The notes under the pieces are model-generated. The model saw only the letters and a list, made by a program, of their open reading frames with translations, made no database searches and was not told where the DNA came from. A stretch of DNA of 64,000 nt from Heptranchias perlo (Eukaryota). The DNA is taken from NCBI RefSeq assembly GCF_035084215.1, contig NC_090348.1, positions 32,860,001 to 32,924,000 of the forward strand, in the 5' to 3' direction. Below, in pieces: positions 26,866 through 39,040 of this stretch (positions within the stretch are counted from its first letter, which is position 1; each line of letters starts with the position of its first letter). The translations under genes and the position numbers were made by a program.

Positions 26866-27674
26866 GGCCAGGATTTTGACTCGGAGCCAGGAAGGGGGCG
26901 GGGGATCGAATCGCAGACAGGAAACCCGGAAGTACGGACTTAAAGAAGTCCTTTATTTTTTTTTGTTCTTTTCCCGTCCACCAGTTATCAGCCGGACGGG
27001 AGCAGAGGAAGAAAGAGGATGTCTTCAGGTAAGTGTTCAGTTAAGTCTTAGATTGTATGGATGGAGGGGGGCATGGAGGGCATGGGTGGGCATGAGGGTC
27101 ATGGTGGGGTCAGTCATCGGTGGGGGAGGTCAGTCATCGGGGAGGGTGGGGGAGGTCAGTCATCAGAGGTCAGTGATGGGGGGGGGGGAAATTGGGGAGG
27201 TCATGGGGCGGGCGATCGGGTGTCAGTCACCGTGGGATCAGTCATCGGGGAGGGGGGGGTCATCGCGGGGGTTCGTGATCGTTGGCGGGGGGGGTCGCGA
27301 TCGTGGGGTTTCACTGTAGGTAGGCTTGTTGGGCCTGGGGGAAGCACTCCTGCTCCTCTGGGCCCACAAGCTGTGCCAGAAAGGCACTTATCTGCTGTTT
27401 CGGGCCTTCTCGCCTCCGCTCCTGCAGCATGAGGGAGAAGGCCCGGGAATCCCGGCCCCCAGGGTTGAAATTTCAAAACCTTTCAAAATGGAGGCCCGCA
27501 GCCTCCTTGAAAAGTTTTAGTGACCTACCCGCCTCCTGAGAGTGAGTTGGTTGCCCGCCCCTCATCCCACCCCGGTGAAAACCGGAAATGGACGGGTTGG
27601 GGACTTGTCTGAAATTGTTGCAATTTTCAATGCCCCCCCCAACCCATCTGTTTTTCCCAGTTAAAATCCTGCCC
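26866..27674. mobile_element. PIF/Harbinger-type MITE with 3-bp TSD (ATA)
   Basis: TIRs ggccaggattttgac / gttaaaatcctgccc; ata at 26863-26865 and 27675-27677; cleanly interrupts a SINE. Confidence 0.88.
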
Positions 27675-27773
27675 ATAATCTCATGTTGCACTGTCAGAGC
27701 TGCTGACATTAAACTAAGGACACATATGCCCTCTAAAATGGATGTGAAAGATCCCATGGCACAATTCAAAGAA

Positions 27774-28698
27774 ACATAGGAACATAGAAAATAGGAGCAG
27801 GAGTAGGCCATTCGGCCCTTTAAGCCTGCTCCGCCATTCAATATGATCATGGCTGATCCTCTATCTCAATACCATATTCCTGCTCTTTCCCCATACCCCT
27901 TGATGCCTTTTGTGTCTAGAAATCTATCTAGCTCCTTCTTAAATATATTCAGTGACTTAGCTTCCACAGCCTTCTGTGGTAGAGAATTCCACAGGTTCAC
28001 CACCCTCTGAGTGAAGAAATTTCTCCTCATCTCAGTCCTAAATGTCCTACCCTGTATCCTGAGACTGTGACCCCTCGTTCTGGACCTCCCCAGCCAGGGG
28101 AAACATCCTCCCTGCATCCAGTCTGTCCAGCCCTGTCAGAATTTTATATGTTTCAATGTGATCCCCTCTCAGTCTTCTAAACTCGAGTGAATACAGGCTG
28201 AGTCGACCCAATTTCTCCTCATATGACAGTCCTGGTGAAACCTTGGCTGCACTCCCTCTATGGCAAGTATAACCTTTCTTAGGTAAGGAGACCAAAACTG
28301 CACACAATACTCCAGGTGTGGTATAACTGCAGTAAGACATCCTTGCTCCTATACTCAAACCTTCTTGCAATGAAAGCCAACATACCATTTGCCTTCCTAA
28401 CTGCTTGCTGCACCTGCATGTTTGCTTTTAGTGACTGGTATACAAGAACACCCAGGTCCCTTTGTACATCAACATTCCCCAATCTAGGTCCATTTAAATA
28501 ATACTCTGCCTTTCTGTTTTTCCTTCCGAAGTGGATAACTTCACATTTATCCACATTATACTGCATCTGCCATGTATTTGCCCACTCACTCAATTTGTCT
28601 AAATCGCCTTGTAGCCTTTTTGCATCCTCCTCACAACTCACGATCCCACCTAGTTTTGTGTCGTCAGCAAACTTGGAAATATTACATTTGGTTCCCTC
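27774..28698 (-). mobile_element. 5'-truncated CR1 LINE with 7-bp TSD
   Basis: ISKFADDTKLGG..WQMQYNVDKC..DLGVLV..FFTQRVVNLWNSLP; TSD caaagaa at 27767-27773 and 28699-28705. Confidence 0.92.
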
Positions 28699-30119
28699 CA
28701 AAGAAGAGCAGGGGAGTTCTCCTGATGTCCTGGCCAACATTTATCCACCAACCATCACCACCCATACTATTTAATTGGTCATTTAGCTCATTGCTGTTTG
28801 TGGAACGTTGCTGTGCACAAATTGGCTGCCACGTTCCCTACAATACAACAGTGTCCATTCCTCAGAAGCATTTCATTGGCTGTGAAGCACTTTGGGAATG
28901 TCCTGAAGTTGTAAATGGCACTGTGTAAATGCAAATTTTTTCTTTCTTAACTAACAGCATAAAACTTATCAGCTGCTACCATTAAAAGGCGAGCTGATAA
29001 TGCAGTAGGAACAATGGTGAAATTTTTACTCTCTTCACAAACCATACTTAACTTAATCCAGCTGAAATACTTTTGGCATGTCATGGGGAACAGAACATTG
29101 TAAATTATATTTCCACCTTCTTTTCCTCTTGAATTGATCTTTTTCCTGCTGTGCACTTGTTACTACAAGTGTAATTGTTGTAAATGTGCCATATTCTAAA
29201 TATGAGTGGTCTGTAATACTGGAATTTATTAAAAGTTGAATGGTAATATTTGTTCCATTAAGAGGAACTCAATTGCCTCTTAATTATTCTATCATACAAT
29301 ATTCACACTGAAGTGGCAACTTCAAAATAGGAATAATTGAGCCACATGAATATTTGGTGCTGATAAAATGATGGCATTAAATTCCGACTGATCACCAATG
29401 GAAAGTTTAGCCCAAGATGTTCTTAAATATTGCAGGCATGCCCCCTTCAAAAAAACCTCTAGACACTTTACATTTTCATGTTCTAATCCAATAGTGCTTT
29501 TTAAAAGTGTAATATATCATCAAATTGAGTAATGTTTTAAAAGGGAGACTGAGCTGAACTTGTTTATTGTAACAGTATTGTGTTCATTTTCACTTTATTT
29601 AAATTTGCGCTGGGCTGTATAAAGTAATCATTCATGTTATGCACATGCACTCAATGCAATGTATTGCAAATCAGATAGGGAACATTGCCCGATCAGATTG
29701 CAGTGTTCGCTACCTCAAGCATAATTCTTATGAACAAAGTGAGACTTTATTTAACAACTGATAACATAAACTGTAACCTTTCGCTCCATCTTAGTAAAGC
29801 ATACACCAGGATTTGATAGTTCAATGGATGTGCACATCAAGTGCTGCTGTTGTATGAAATAGGTGCAATAAAGGACATTTTAAGAGCTTTAATTTAATGT
29901 TATTGTCTTTCTTCACTTCATTGTCCTTGCCTTTAATGCAAGCTATTCATTTGATTTACAATATGGTAATGTGTATGGCAGCAATAATTCTTGGAGAAAT
30001 ATGAACCTCAACTCTCACTGCCACTCGTGAAAAGAAGGCTTGACTGATGCCTCACCATCCTTTTTATAAATGTAAACAATCTTACAGCACCAAGTTATAG
30101 TCCAACAATTTTATTTGAA

Positions 30120-30160
30120 AATCACAAGCTTTCGGAGGCTTCCTCCTTCGTCAGGTGAAT
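30120..30160 (-). ncRNA. Minimal type-I hammerhead ribozyme motif (mirror copy)
   Basis: Exact reverse complement of 30166-30206. Confidence 0.75.
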
Positions 30161-30165
30161 GTCAC

Positions 30166-30206
30166 ATTCACCTGACGAAGGAGGAAGCCTCCGAAAGCTT
30201 GTGATT
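30166..30206 (+). ncRNA. Minimal type-I hammerhead ribozyme motif
   Basis: tcac-CTGACGA-a-GGAGG-aag-CCTCC-GAAA-gc-TT-gtga: stem I, core, stem II, GAAA, and palindromic AAGCTT in place of stem III. Confidence 0.75.
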
Positions 30207-31399
30207 TTCAAATAAAATTGTTGGACTATAACTTGGTGTTGTAAGATTGTTTACATTTGTCAACCCCAGTCCATCACCGGCATCTCCACATCATCCTTTT
30301 TATACATTAGTTCTTAAGATGCCATCTTATTTCTTCAGCAATTACTCTTCTTAGGTGCATTACTATGCAGTTTATTTTGCTCTATATTTTGCATAATTGT
30401 AAATCATAAAGGAAGGTCCTGTTTATTTCTATGTATAAGTGTAACTATAACAACTTTAAAGCATAGAATACAGAGCACAGTCATTAATTTCATGGTTAAA
30501 TTATTAAAACTCTTAATGGCGGAGTTAAGACAAGTTGCAGTAACACGCGTGTCAAAATAGAAAGACACGTTGGAAATCATGTATTCTCTTAGCTTACACT
30601 GTGAATACAAATGCAGTGTACAGTCAGTGTACCAAATTTGCTACCACAGAACCACAAAAGAATGAGCAAAATACTAATTTTTACTAATATCTACTTACAG
30701 TAGAGAAATATGCTCACACAGAAATAATTAATGATTGCCTATACTGTACTGGAAAAAGTGGAACTGAAAGCTTCAACTGATGGTCTCATTTATTAATTGA
30801 TCCACTTATCCTCAGATTCCTGCTGCCACATAGGTGGTTCTCCATTGTTACTTCAAGGATCACTAATTATTTCCACTTCCATCTCAGATTACCCTGTAAC
30901 CACAGCCCTTCATTACATCCCTCCACGCAAAAATATGTTTAAATAATGAAATAAAATGAGGACTGCTTAAATTCATATTCTCCCTAAGGATATTAAATAT
31001 TTTGGAAAATTAGAGAAAGGCTTAAGAGGAAGTCACTGTTCATGACATACATAATTGCATGAGAAAGGGAAATAAGCAGTTGTATGCATGAATTATTCAT
31101 TTGCTCCTAAACCTCTCAGGAACATACATTTAAACACAACATTGCTAAATGGCATGTGAATTGTTAACCTCGCATATCAAACTTGCTTAACTTTTGGATG
31201 AGACACTAAGCCAAAGCCCTGTTTGCCCACTTAGATGGATGTAAAATAAACTAGGACACTATTTGAAGAAGAGCAGGGAATTCCCCCAATGTCCTGACTG
31301 ACCATCCTCCTTCAGCCAACACCATCAAATACAGAAATAAAAACAGAAAATGCTGGAGAAGCTCAGCAAGTGAGGCAGCATCTGTGGAGAAAGAAACTG

Positions 31400-31436
31400 A
31401 GTTAATGTTTCAGGTCGAAGACCTTTCGTCAGAACT
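31400..31436 (-). ncRNA. Hammerhead ribozyme motif in Penelope pseudo-LTR (stem III decayed)
   Basis: Minus strand agtt-CTGACGA-a-AGGTC-ttc-GACCT-GAAA-ca-TT-aact. Confidence 0.65.
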
Positions 31437-32557
31437 GAAAGATGTTAAAAGAGTTAAAATTCGTACGCAAGTACAGAGTCAGGGAACGGCGGGGGGAGGA
31501 AAGAACAAAAGGGAAGGTCTGAGATAGGGTAGAGGGCACAAGTGATTAAATGACAAAAGGGATGATGGTGCAAGGCAAGGAGGGTGGTAATGGGACAAGT
31601 AAAGAAACAAAAGATTGATCAGGAGTAGCTGTAAATGGCAGCAGCAGAACCAATACCAGCACTAGCTGATGGAAAAAATGGGAGCAGTGGTTATGATCTG
31701 AAGTTATTGAAATCAATGTTGAGTCTGGAAGGTTGTAAAGTGCCTAAACGAAAGATGAGATGCTGTTCCTTGAGCTTCCGTTGAGCTTCATTGGAACAGT
31801 GTAAGAGGCCGAGGACAGAGAGATAGAGTAGGAGTGGGATGGGGAATTAAAATGGCAAGCGACTGGCAGGTCAGGGTCACACTTGCGGACAGAGTGGAGG
31901 TGTTCAGCAAAGTGATCACCCAGTCTGCGTTTGGTCTCCCCAGTGTAGAGGAGATCGCATTGTGAGCAGCGAATACAATATACTAAATTGAAAGAAGTAC
32001 AAGTAAATCGCTGTTTCACCTGGAAGGAGTGTTTGGGGCCCTGGACGGTGGGAAGGGAGGAGGTGAAGGGGCAGGTGTTGCATCTCCTGCGCTCACAGGG
32101 GAAGGTGCCATGGGAAGGAGAGCGGGTATTGGGGGTGATGGAGGAGTGGACCAGGGTGTCACGGAGGGAGTGGTCCCTTTGGAATGCTGAAAGGGGAGGG
32201 GAGGGGAAGTTGTATTTGGTGGTGGGATCGCACTGGAGGTGGCGGAAATGGCAGAGGATGATGTGTTGACTGTGAAGGCTGGTGGGGTCGAAAGTGAGGA
32301 CAAGGGGGACCCTATCATGCTTCTAGGAGGGAAGGGAAGGATCAATCTTTTGTTTCTTAACCTGTCCCATTACCATCTTCTTTGCCTTGCACCATCATCC
32401 CTTTTGTCATTTAATCACTCGTGCCCTCTACCCTATCACAGACCTTCCCTTTCGTTCTTTCCTCCCCTCCCCTTCCCTCCCCCACCCGCACCCCACCCCC
32501 CCACCCTTTCCCTGGCTCTGTACTTGCTTAAAAACTTTAACTCTTTTAACATCTTCC

Positions 32558-32594
32558 AGTTCTGATGAAAGGTCTTTGACCTGAAATGTTAACT
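32558..32594 (+). ncRNA. Hammerhead ribozyme motif in Penelope pseudo-LTR (stem III decayed)
   Basis: agtt-CTGATGA-a-AGGTC-ttt-GACCT-GAAA-tg-TT-aact. Confidence 0.65.
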
Positions 32595-33225
32595 CTGTTT
32601 CTTTCTCCACAGATGCTGCCTGACCTGCTGAGTTTCTCCAGCATTTTCTGGTTTTATTTCAGATTTCCAGCCTCCACATTTTGCTTTTGACCAGCAAATA
32701 CAGATTACTTGGTCATTTATTTATTTTCTGTTTGTGGGATCTTGTTTTGCACAATTTAGATGCTACGTTTGCTTACAGAATAGTGACTACACTTGTAAAA
32801 CAATGCATTGGTTGTAATGTGCCCTGCGACGTGGTTATACACTACATAAATGTAAGTTCTTTCTTTAACTATCTGGAGACCTCAGTAATATTTGAATCTC
32901 TAATATGCTCAGCAATATTTGAATCTCCAATATAATCACCAGTATTGGCAACAGGTGGGGAAAATTCAAATTGTTTATCATGCGCATAATATAGATGGTT
33001 ACAGCGATACATAATTCCTTACTTCCACAACTCGCTGTCCTCCTTCATGCTGTAACTGGAGAATAACTTCATAAAACCACAGGGATTTTACATAAAATGT
33101 CTTCTTTCAGGTTGCTTCTAACCATAGGTTATAAAATGTAAAACACAGTAATATAAAAGCCTCACAAACATCAACAAATGTCCAGACATCTTTCTTTAGA
33201 GTATTTAAGATTATGTGGTAATTTA

Positions 33226-33515
33226 CAACAACAACATGCTTTTATATAGTGTCTTTAACATAATAAAATGTCCCAAGATGCTTTAGAGGAGCATTATCAA
33301 ATAAAATTGGACACCGAGCCACGAAAGAAGATATTAGGCTAGGTGACCAAAACCTTGGTCAAGGAGGTATGTTTTAAGGAGTGCCTTGAAGGACAAGAGA
33401 GAGGTAGAGAGGCTGAGAGTAATAAGGGGGAAATTCCAGAGCTTATGGGCCATGGCAGCTGAAGGCACGGCTGTCAATGGTGCAGAGATTAAAATTGGGG
33501 ATGCACAAGAGGCCA
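33226..33515 (-). mobile_element. L2 3' fragment
   Basis: Reverse complement of the L2 3' UTR at 24355-24595; KLWNFP..FKALLKTYLLDQGF. Confidence 0.85.
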
Positions 33516-36500
33516 TCTTTTTTATTTCAAATCATTTTATTATTTAGTATGTAAGTGGATGTAGTGATACCGAAGACATTTTTGGAGAAAATGTATTTGC
33601 CTAAATTGTGTGAAAATTTAACTCCCATCATTATGCAATCTCTATACTATAGACACTCATTTAATCCCATCACTGGCAGGAGCCTATAGTTTAGACATGT
33701 TTGTCAGAATGGCATCATCTTATATTTGTGTTTGCACTGATATTTACTTTACTGCATATTGAACTAAATCTCACAGCTTAGTGTCAGCCAAAAAAAAGAA
33801 CAAGTTTAACAAATGCGCTCAGTAAATGTTTCAACACAATTATTTTAAATAATCAGTCAAATAATAAAAGCAAATTTCAAACATAACTTCACACTAGCCA
33901 CAGCTTAAAGGTGTAGTAAGAGCTTACCAGTAACCCCAGTGTGTGAATGAAGGGATTAAAGGGTGAGTTCCCTCTCTGTCTCACCCCTTGTGGATCAGAT
34001 CTTCACCTTTAGGCTTTTTCATAGTATAACAGTTTTCAATATGTAGCTGACTTTGTTGCTAAGGTACAAGTTGTCCTGTACACAAAAGTCTGAATCACCC
34101 TTTGCTTTGAAAAATGGCATATTGATCAAAGAAGATGCATCATACAGAGATGGCCACCTCCTGTTTGGGCAGAGCAGCCAGCTGCTTGACTGGGTTTTAA
34201 TACTTTGACCTATGGTGACTATCTGTCAATAGGAGGCCCAAAAAATAAAGAAATGCCCATTCACTGCCTTCTGGGAAAACCCAAAATGAGTTTGTTAAGA
34301 GAAAACAGCCCATGTTTTCTTAAAGGTAATTTTTCAATGCAACTTCAACCCATCTCAGCCACTAAAAATCACTATATCCAGCCTCGACCTTCCAAATGAC
34401 CTCGGTCTCTTTGCCATTGACCAACATGTCAACAAGTTCATTCACTGTGGAAACCAAGTAAGGAAGAAGCAATCTGCAATTATACCAAGGCCAGCATATA
34501 ATCAGATGCCACAAAAACAGCCCAAGGCTGACAAGACCTATTTACACTGAAGACAGACTAATTAGGCATACTAATTACTTACAAAAGCTACAACTACAAC
34601 AGATAGAATTGTTTTTAAATATAAAAATATTGGCACTTAAAGAAAGGTTAACAATTATTTGTATTTAATGAATAATTAATTGTACTTAATATTTAATTGA
34701 CCAGTGAACTGAAAAATTATTCACCCCTATTGTGTAGCCTCGTGCCATTTTTTTTCAATTCATGATATTTGCTGATGCTCTTGTGATGTAGTTTGCTTAA
34801 TCTCAGAAGCCTATGACCCTGAAATTATGGTATGGGATTCTAGCTGACAAAAACTTAACACAAGGAGATTTTTTGTCAAGAGGAGTGTGTCGAGTGTTCA
34901 TTTGCTAGTAGGCTTATCTGACTAAACTAATGAAATCTGAAAGAACTGTTATAATGTGTGCCAAAAGATTATCCAGTTGCTAAATTGAACATTTAGTCTT
35001 GGTAATGGATATATCAATGACCCGGTTATATTATTTTTTAATACTAGACACAGAGGTACCAATTATCCATATTCCACGCTCCAGTAGGTATTTTCTGCCT
35101 TTGTAACAGCTGCAGTATAATGGATGCTGTAGGACTTACTCGTCGGGAGTATTCTGCTTCCTCTTTCCAGCAGTTCTTTCCATAATGGAAAGCAAATTCC
35201 CATGATGGGGTGTGTGAATTGAGCATGGTAAATTCATGAATTAAATGTAGCAAGCACATTTAAAAACTAGAGTTAATCTTGTCAGGTTTGGAAACAGCAG
35301 TCAAAACTTGAAAGGTAGAGGAAGAGGAAGGGCTAAAGTTTAATAATAAGTGCTATTAATTATGCAGTGACTATTTTAAGTTTGCACCCTATTTCATTCG
35401 AAATTTAAGCAAAATCCACCTTAAGAGTCATTTAAATATTTTAAAGTAAACATCTCAAGTAACGACTTCAGTAAAATGAACAAAGTAAATGTAACCATTT
35501 ATTTGAGGCTAATATGATTTATACAATAAAAACATCACCAAAGATCAGTCCATCAAAGATACAGTTCATATTTTGACTTTAACTGCATCCGCAACACTGC
35601 AAAATGCAAATTGTATCATTTGATGCTTCCTTGTTTCAGTGTGCTGGAACATTCTTATTCCCTTAATAGAGTAAAGGATGAATAACTATTTTTTAAAGGA
35701 AACCTGGTATATTTTATGGATCACGTAAATCAATTTACATTAAATTAATAAAGGAATGATTGCAATGGAAGGGGGGATAGGAAATATCTTATCCCAGTTT
35801 TCCTTTGATTCACCTCAATTAGGATGATTACACTTTCATTCTTTGAAAAATTCATCATGTTAACTCTACATGGCTGACTTTTATAATTCTACCAGCTGTT
35901 GCAAAAACGTGCCAAACACAACTTGGTAATGTTTACAGGTTTTTCTTCATAAAAGAACTTTATTCAAATGACAGCAGCTGGATAAGCCAAAGAGAGATGT
36001 TGTATAGGTTGCAGATGGAAGGGTATCTTTGATATTTTTTGATAGGTTTGAGAAAAAAGTGACATCTGGGATTCTCATCCACCATTTTGCCCATTTTGTG
36101 CCCTGCCAGAGTCGAATTTTACCTCCCTGAAACGAGAAAACTATTTAACTTGAACATAGACCAGAGGGCAAAAATATAAATTCACAAGCCTTGAGATTTA
36201 AAAATTAATTCCCTCAAAGGATTGTGGACATGTGGAACAAATTTCCAGACAAGGTAGTTGATTAAGGGGCAATAGACATCTTGAAAAAGGAGATGCATTG
36301 ATACCAGTTGAGAAGGGGCATCGAAGACTGTAGAAATTCCTTTTCAGGGAAAACAGGAGAAAGAACCTAGTGTTCTTGAAAATATGGGACCAACAGGTAG
36401 TAAATGCTCCGGATATTTTACGCCCTAATAATGAAAAAAGAATTACAACGCAACACACAGATATACCAAAAGAGAACGTCCTAACAGAAGCAAAAGAAAG

Positions 36501-37774
36501 GGTGCTTGCATTATTTTACCTTGATCTAACATCTGTGATTATGCTGGACTTCATTAACAGCAGGGATTCTGCTGGACTGCATTAAATCCATGTTCTATTA
36601 CTTTAGATATTGCAGACTCAGTTATTAACATTAAAATTCTGCATTGCAAAAATATCAATACAGGCTCTTCAAAATATTTTCAAATGTTCACACCAACTCC
36701 TGATCAGATTGAATTTTTCTTCCATCAATTGACCTAATAGATGGAATTTCAAGCTTGAAGAGAGATTGTTTATGGCATGGAGTTCCCAACATGGAGTGAA
36801 CAATTTGAATAAGCATAAATTTGATCAAAAGTCTGGCAGAAAATAGGCAGAGATTTTATCAACATCTGATGCCCCCTTCAAGGGGTTTAAACAATTTCTA
36901 ACTTTTATGATTTATAATTCAATACACTGACTGAAAATAAACTGTGAATGTTTTTACATCCACTACCAGCAGAGAGGTTTGTGAGATGGGAGTGCATATC
37001 AAGAATTAAGAGAGTGTGAGAGTTAATCAATGGCTACTGAAAAGGAGATAGCAGATGCGTGGGGCTTGTGATGGTAGAACATAGGGGAAGAGAGAAAAGA
37101 CGCAAGATGGAAGCAGGATGAGGAGGTGTTAAATGGAAAGCATAGGTCTGGAGTATGAAGTGAAGAATGAGACATGTTCCTGATTCTGCAAAGGTTAGCA
37201 AGTGAGAGGAAACTGTTGCTGGCAGCTGGTGCAAAGTGAGCAAGGAAGAGGTGAGATTGTGTTTGGAATGAGAATGAGAGGTGCTCTGGTGTGCCCTTGT
37301 GCTGGGTGATGAAGGAAGTGGTGGAGGGAAAGGAATTGTTCAGAGGTTAACATATGATAATTAAAGGGATTGCAATATATAGTTAAATAAAAGTTCAGTT
37401 TGATATATGGACCCCTAGCTACACTAATACAACATTCCACTGGATGAAGCAGATTGGAATTTCAACCTTGACGAACATTCATATTCAATTGCCATCTCAC
37501 TAATACGTTACCGCTAGCTATCAAAGTAAAACAAAGTGTGTGAAGAAGAGTAGGCTTTGGCTAGCGCATTGAAATGAAGGGTCTCAGTCAGCTTTTAAAA
37601 TGCATGAGAGGGAAAACACATACAAGACAGCAAATAAACTTGCTCTCATTTGCAGAATGTGCAGATGAGGGGGGAGTCGAAAGAGGAAAGAAGGTAATTA
37701 GTTAAAAAATGTATTAAAGATTGGGAAAGGAGAGAATACTCAGGAAAAGGAAATCTGTTCACAAGTGACTTTTA

Positions 37775-38230
37775 TGCTGGCAAGGCCAGCATTTATTGCC
37801 CATCCCTAATTGCCCTTGAGAAGGTGGTGGTGAGCCGCCTTCTTGAACCGCTGCAGTCCGTGTGGTGAAGGTTCTCCCACAGTGCTGTTAAGTAGGGTGT
37901 GCTAGGATTTTGACCCAGCGATGGTGAAGGAACGGAGATATATTTCCAAGTCAGGATGGTGTGTGACTTGGAGGGGAACGTACAGGTGGTGGTGTTCCCA
38001 TGCATCTGCTGCCCTTGTTCTTCTAGGTGGTAGAGGTCGTGGGTTTAGGAGGTGCTGTCGAAGAAGCCTTGGCAAGTTGCTGCAGTACATCTTGTAGTTG
38101 GTACACACTGCAGCCACGGTGCACCGGTGGTGGAGGGAGTGAATGTTTAAGGTGGTGGATGGGGTGCCAATCAAGTGGGCTGCTTTGTCCTGGATGGTGT
38201 CGAGCTTTTGAGTGTTGTTGGAGCTGCACA
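37775..38230 (-). mobile_element. Non-LTR retrotransposon 3' fragment, same family as 865-1590
   Basis: KLDTIQDKAAHLIGTP..HHRCTVAAVCT..LLRQHL; reverse-complement similarity to 1130-1550. Confidence 0.88.
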
Positions 38231-38624
38231 ATTCCAGATAAACATTTTATATATACTTAAGGAGATATACTATATACTTCTATATATAGAAGAATACATT
38301 CTACTTACATGCCGCATATTTATTTTTAGAACAACAAATATCATTGTTTTCAGCTACTGTTTTTCTCAGGTTGAACCCTGCCTGTGTCTTTTGTCTGCTC
38401 CCTTCAACAGGAGATGTTTGATGTCAAAGTATTGCAACTACCATCATTTTTTTTTACAATGTGGATCTCACTGAGGTAGTGTCATGTGGCTGAGAAAAAC
38501 AAAATCAGTTTCAAAAGCAAATTACAACAGAAGTTAGCAGCAGATTAATTGTAAGGTGTTCTAGGAATCAGAACAAAGACCATTAAAAGGATCTGCATTG
38601 ATAGTCCATAAAAAAACAAAAAAA

Positions 38625-39040
38625 GACTTGAATTTATATAGCGCCTTTCATGACCTCAGGACATCACAAAGTGCTTTATAGCTAATGAAGTACTTTTGAA
38701 GTGTAATCACCGTTGTAGTGTAAGAAATGCGGCAGCCAATTTGCACGCAGCAAGGTCCCACGAACAGCAATGAGATAATGACCAGATAATCTGTTTTAGT
38801 GATGTTGGTTTAGGGACAAATATTGGCCAGGACACTTGCTCTTCTTCAAAATAGCACCATGAGATTTTTTACATCCACCTGAGATGGGGCCTCGGTTAAA
38901 TGTCTCATCCAAAAGACGGCACCTCCGACTCAGTACTGCACTGGAGTGTCAATCTAGATTTTGTGCTCAAGTCTCTGGGGTGGAACTTGAACCCACAACT
39001 TTCTGACTCAAAGGCGAGAGTGCTATCACTGAGCCATGGC
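38625..39040 (-). mobile_element. Near full-length SacSINE1-like Deu-SINE
   Basis: Minus strand: ggctcagtgatagcactctcgcc..gggttcaagttcc (A/B boxes), Deu-like core, 3' tail gaaaggcgctatataaattcaagtc. Confidence 0.88.

Larger units (their letters stand above)
26783..28945 (+). mobile_element. SacSINE1-like Deu-SINE split by two later insertions
   Basis: tRNA-like head 26783-26865, middle 27675-27773 (gatgtgaaagatcccatggcac), Deu/3' part 28699-28945; collinear with the copy at 38625-39040. Confidence 0.85.
30069..30291. mobile_element. Palindromic Penelope-like pseudo-LTR insertion with 13-bp TSD
   Basis: Arms 30068-30162 and 30164-30258 (95 bp, 1 mismatch, 1-nt spacer); TSD catcctttttata at 30056-30068 and 30292-30304; same family at 42591 and 62638. 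Confidence 0.9.
31336..32689 (-). mobile_element. Penelope-like retroelement 3' fragment (GIY-YIG endonuclease) with inverted pseudo-LTRs
   Basis: ORF 31744-32019(-): FTCTSFNLVYCIRCSQCDLLYTGETKRRLGDHFAEH..VACHFN; inverted repeats ~31332-31620 and ~32340-32660; TSD accatcaaatacaga (31321-31335) / accagcaaatacaga (32690-32704). Confidence 0.92.
31200..32860 (+). mobile_element. Old SacSINE1-like Deu-SINE interrupted by a Penelope element
   Basis: ggatgtaaaa..ctatttgaagaagagcaggg (to 31335) resumes at 32690 as cagattacttggtcattt..tgtttgtgggatcttg..ataaatgtaagttct. Confidence 0.75.

Noticed and set aside
27025-27035. Strong splice donor cag|gtaagt
   Set aside because: Internal to a MITE; similar motifs recur in other MITE copies and no host exon is evident.
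30068-30258. CRISPR array, prokaryotic terminator or miRNA gene
   Set aside because: Eukaryotic retroelement-derived inverted repeat with TSD and dispersed sister copies; no repeat-spacer periodicity anywhere in the window.
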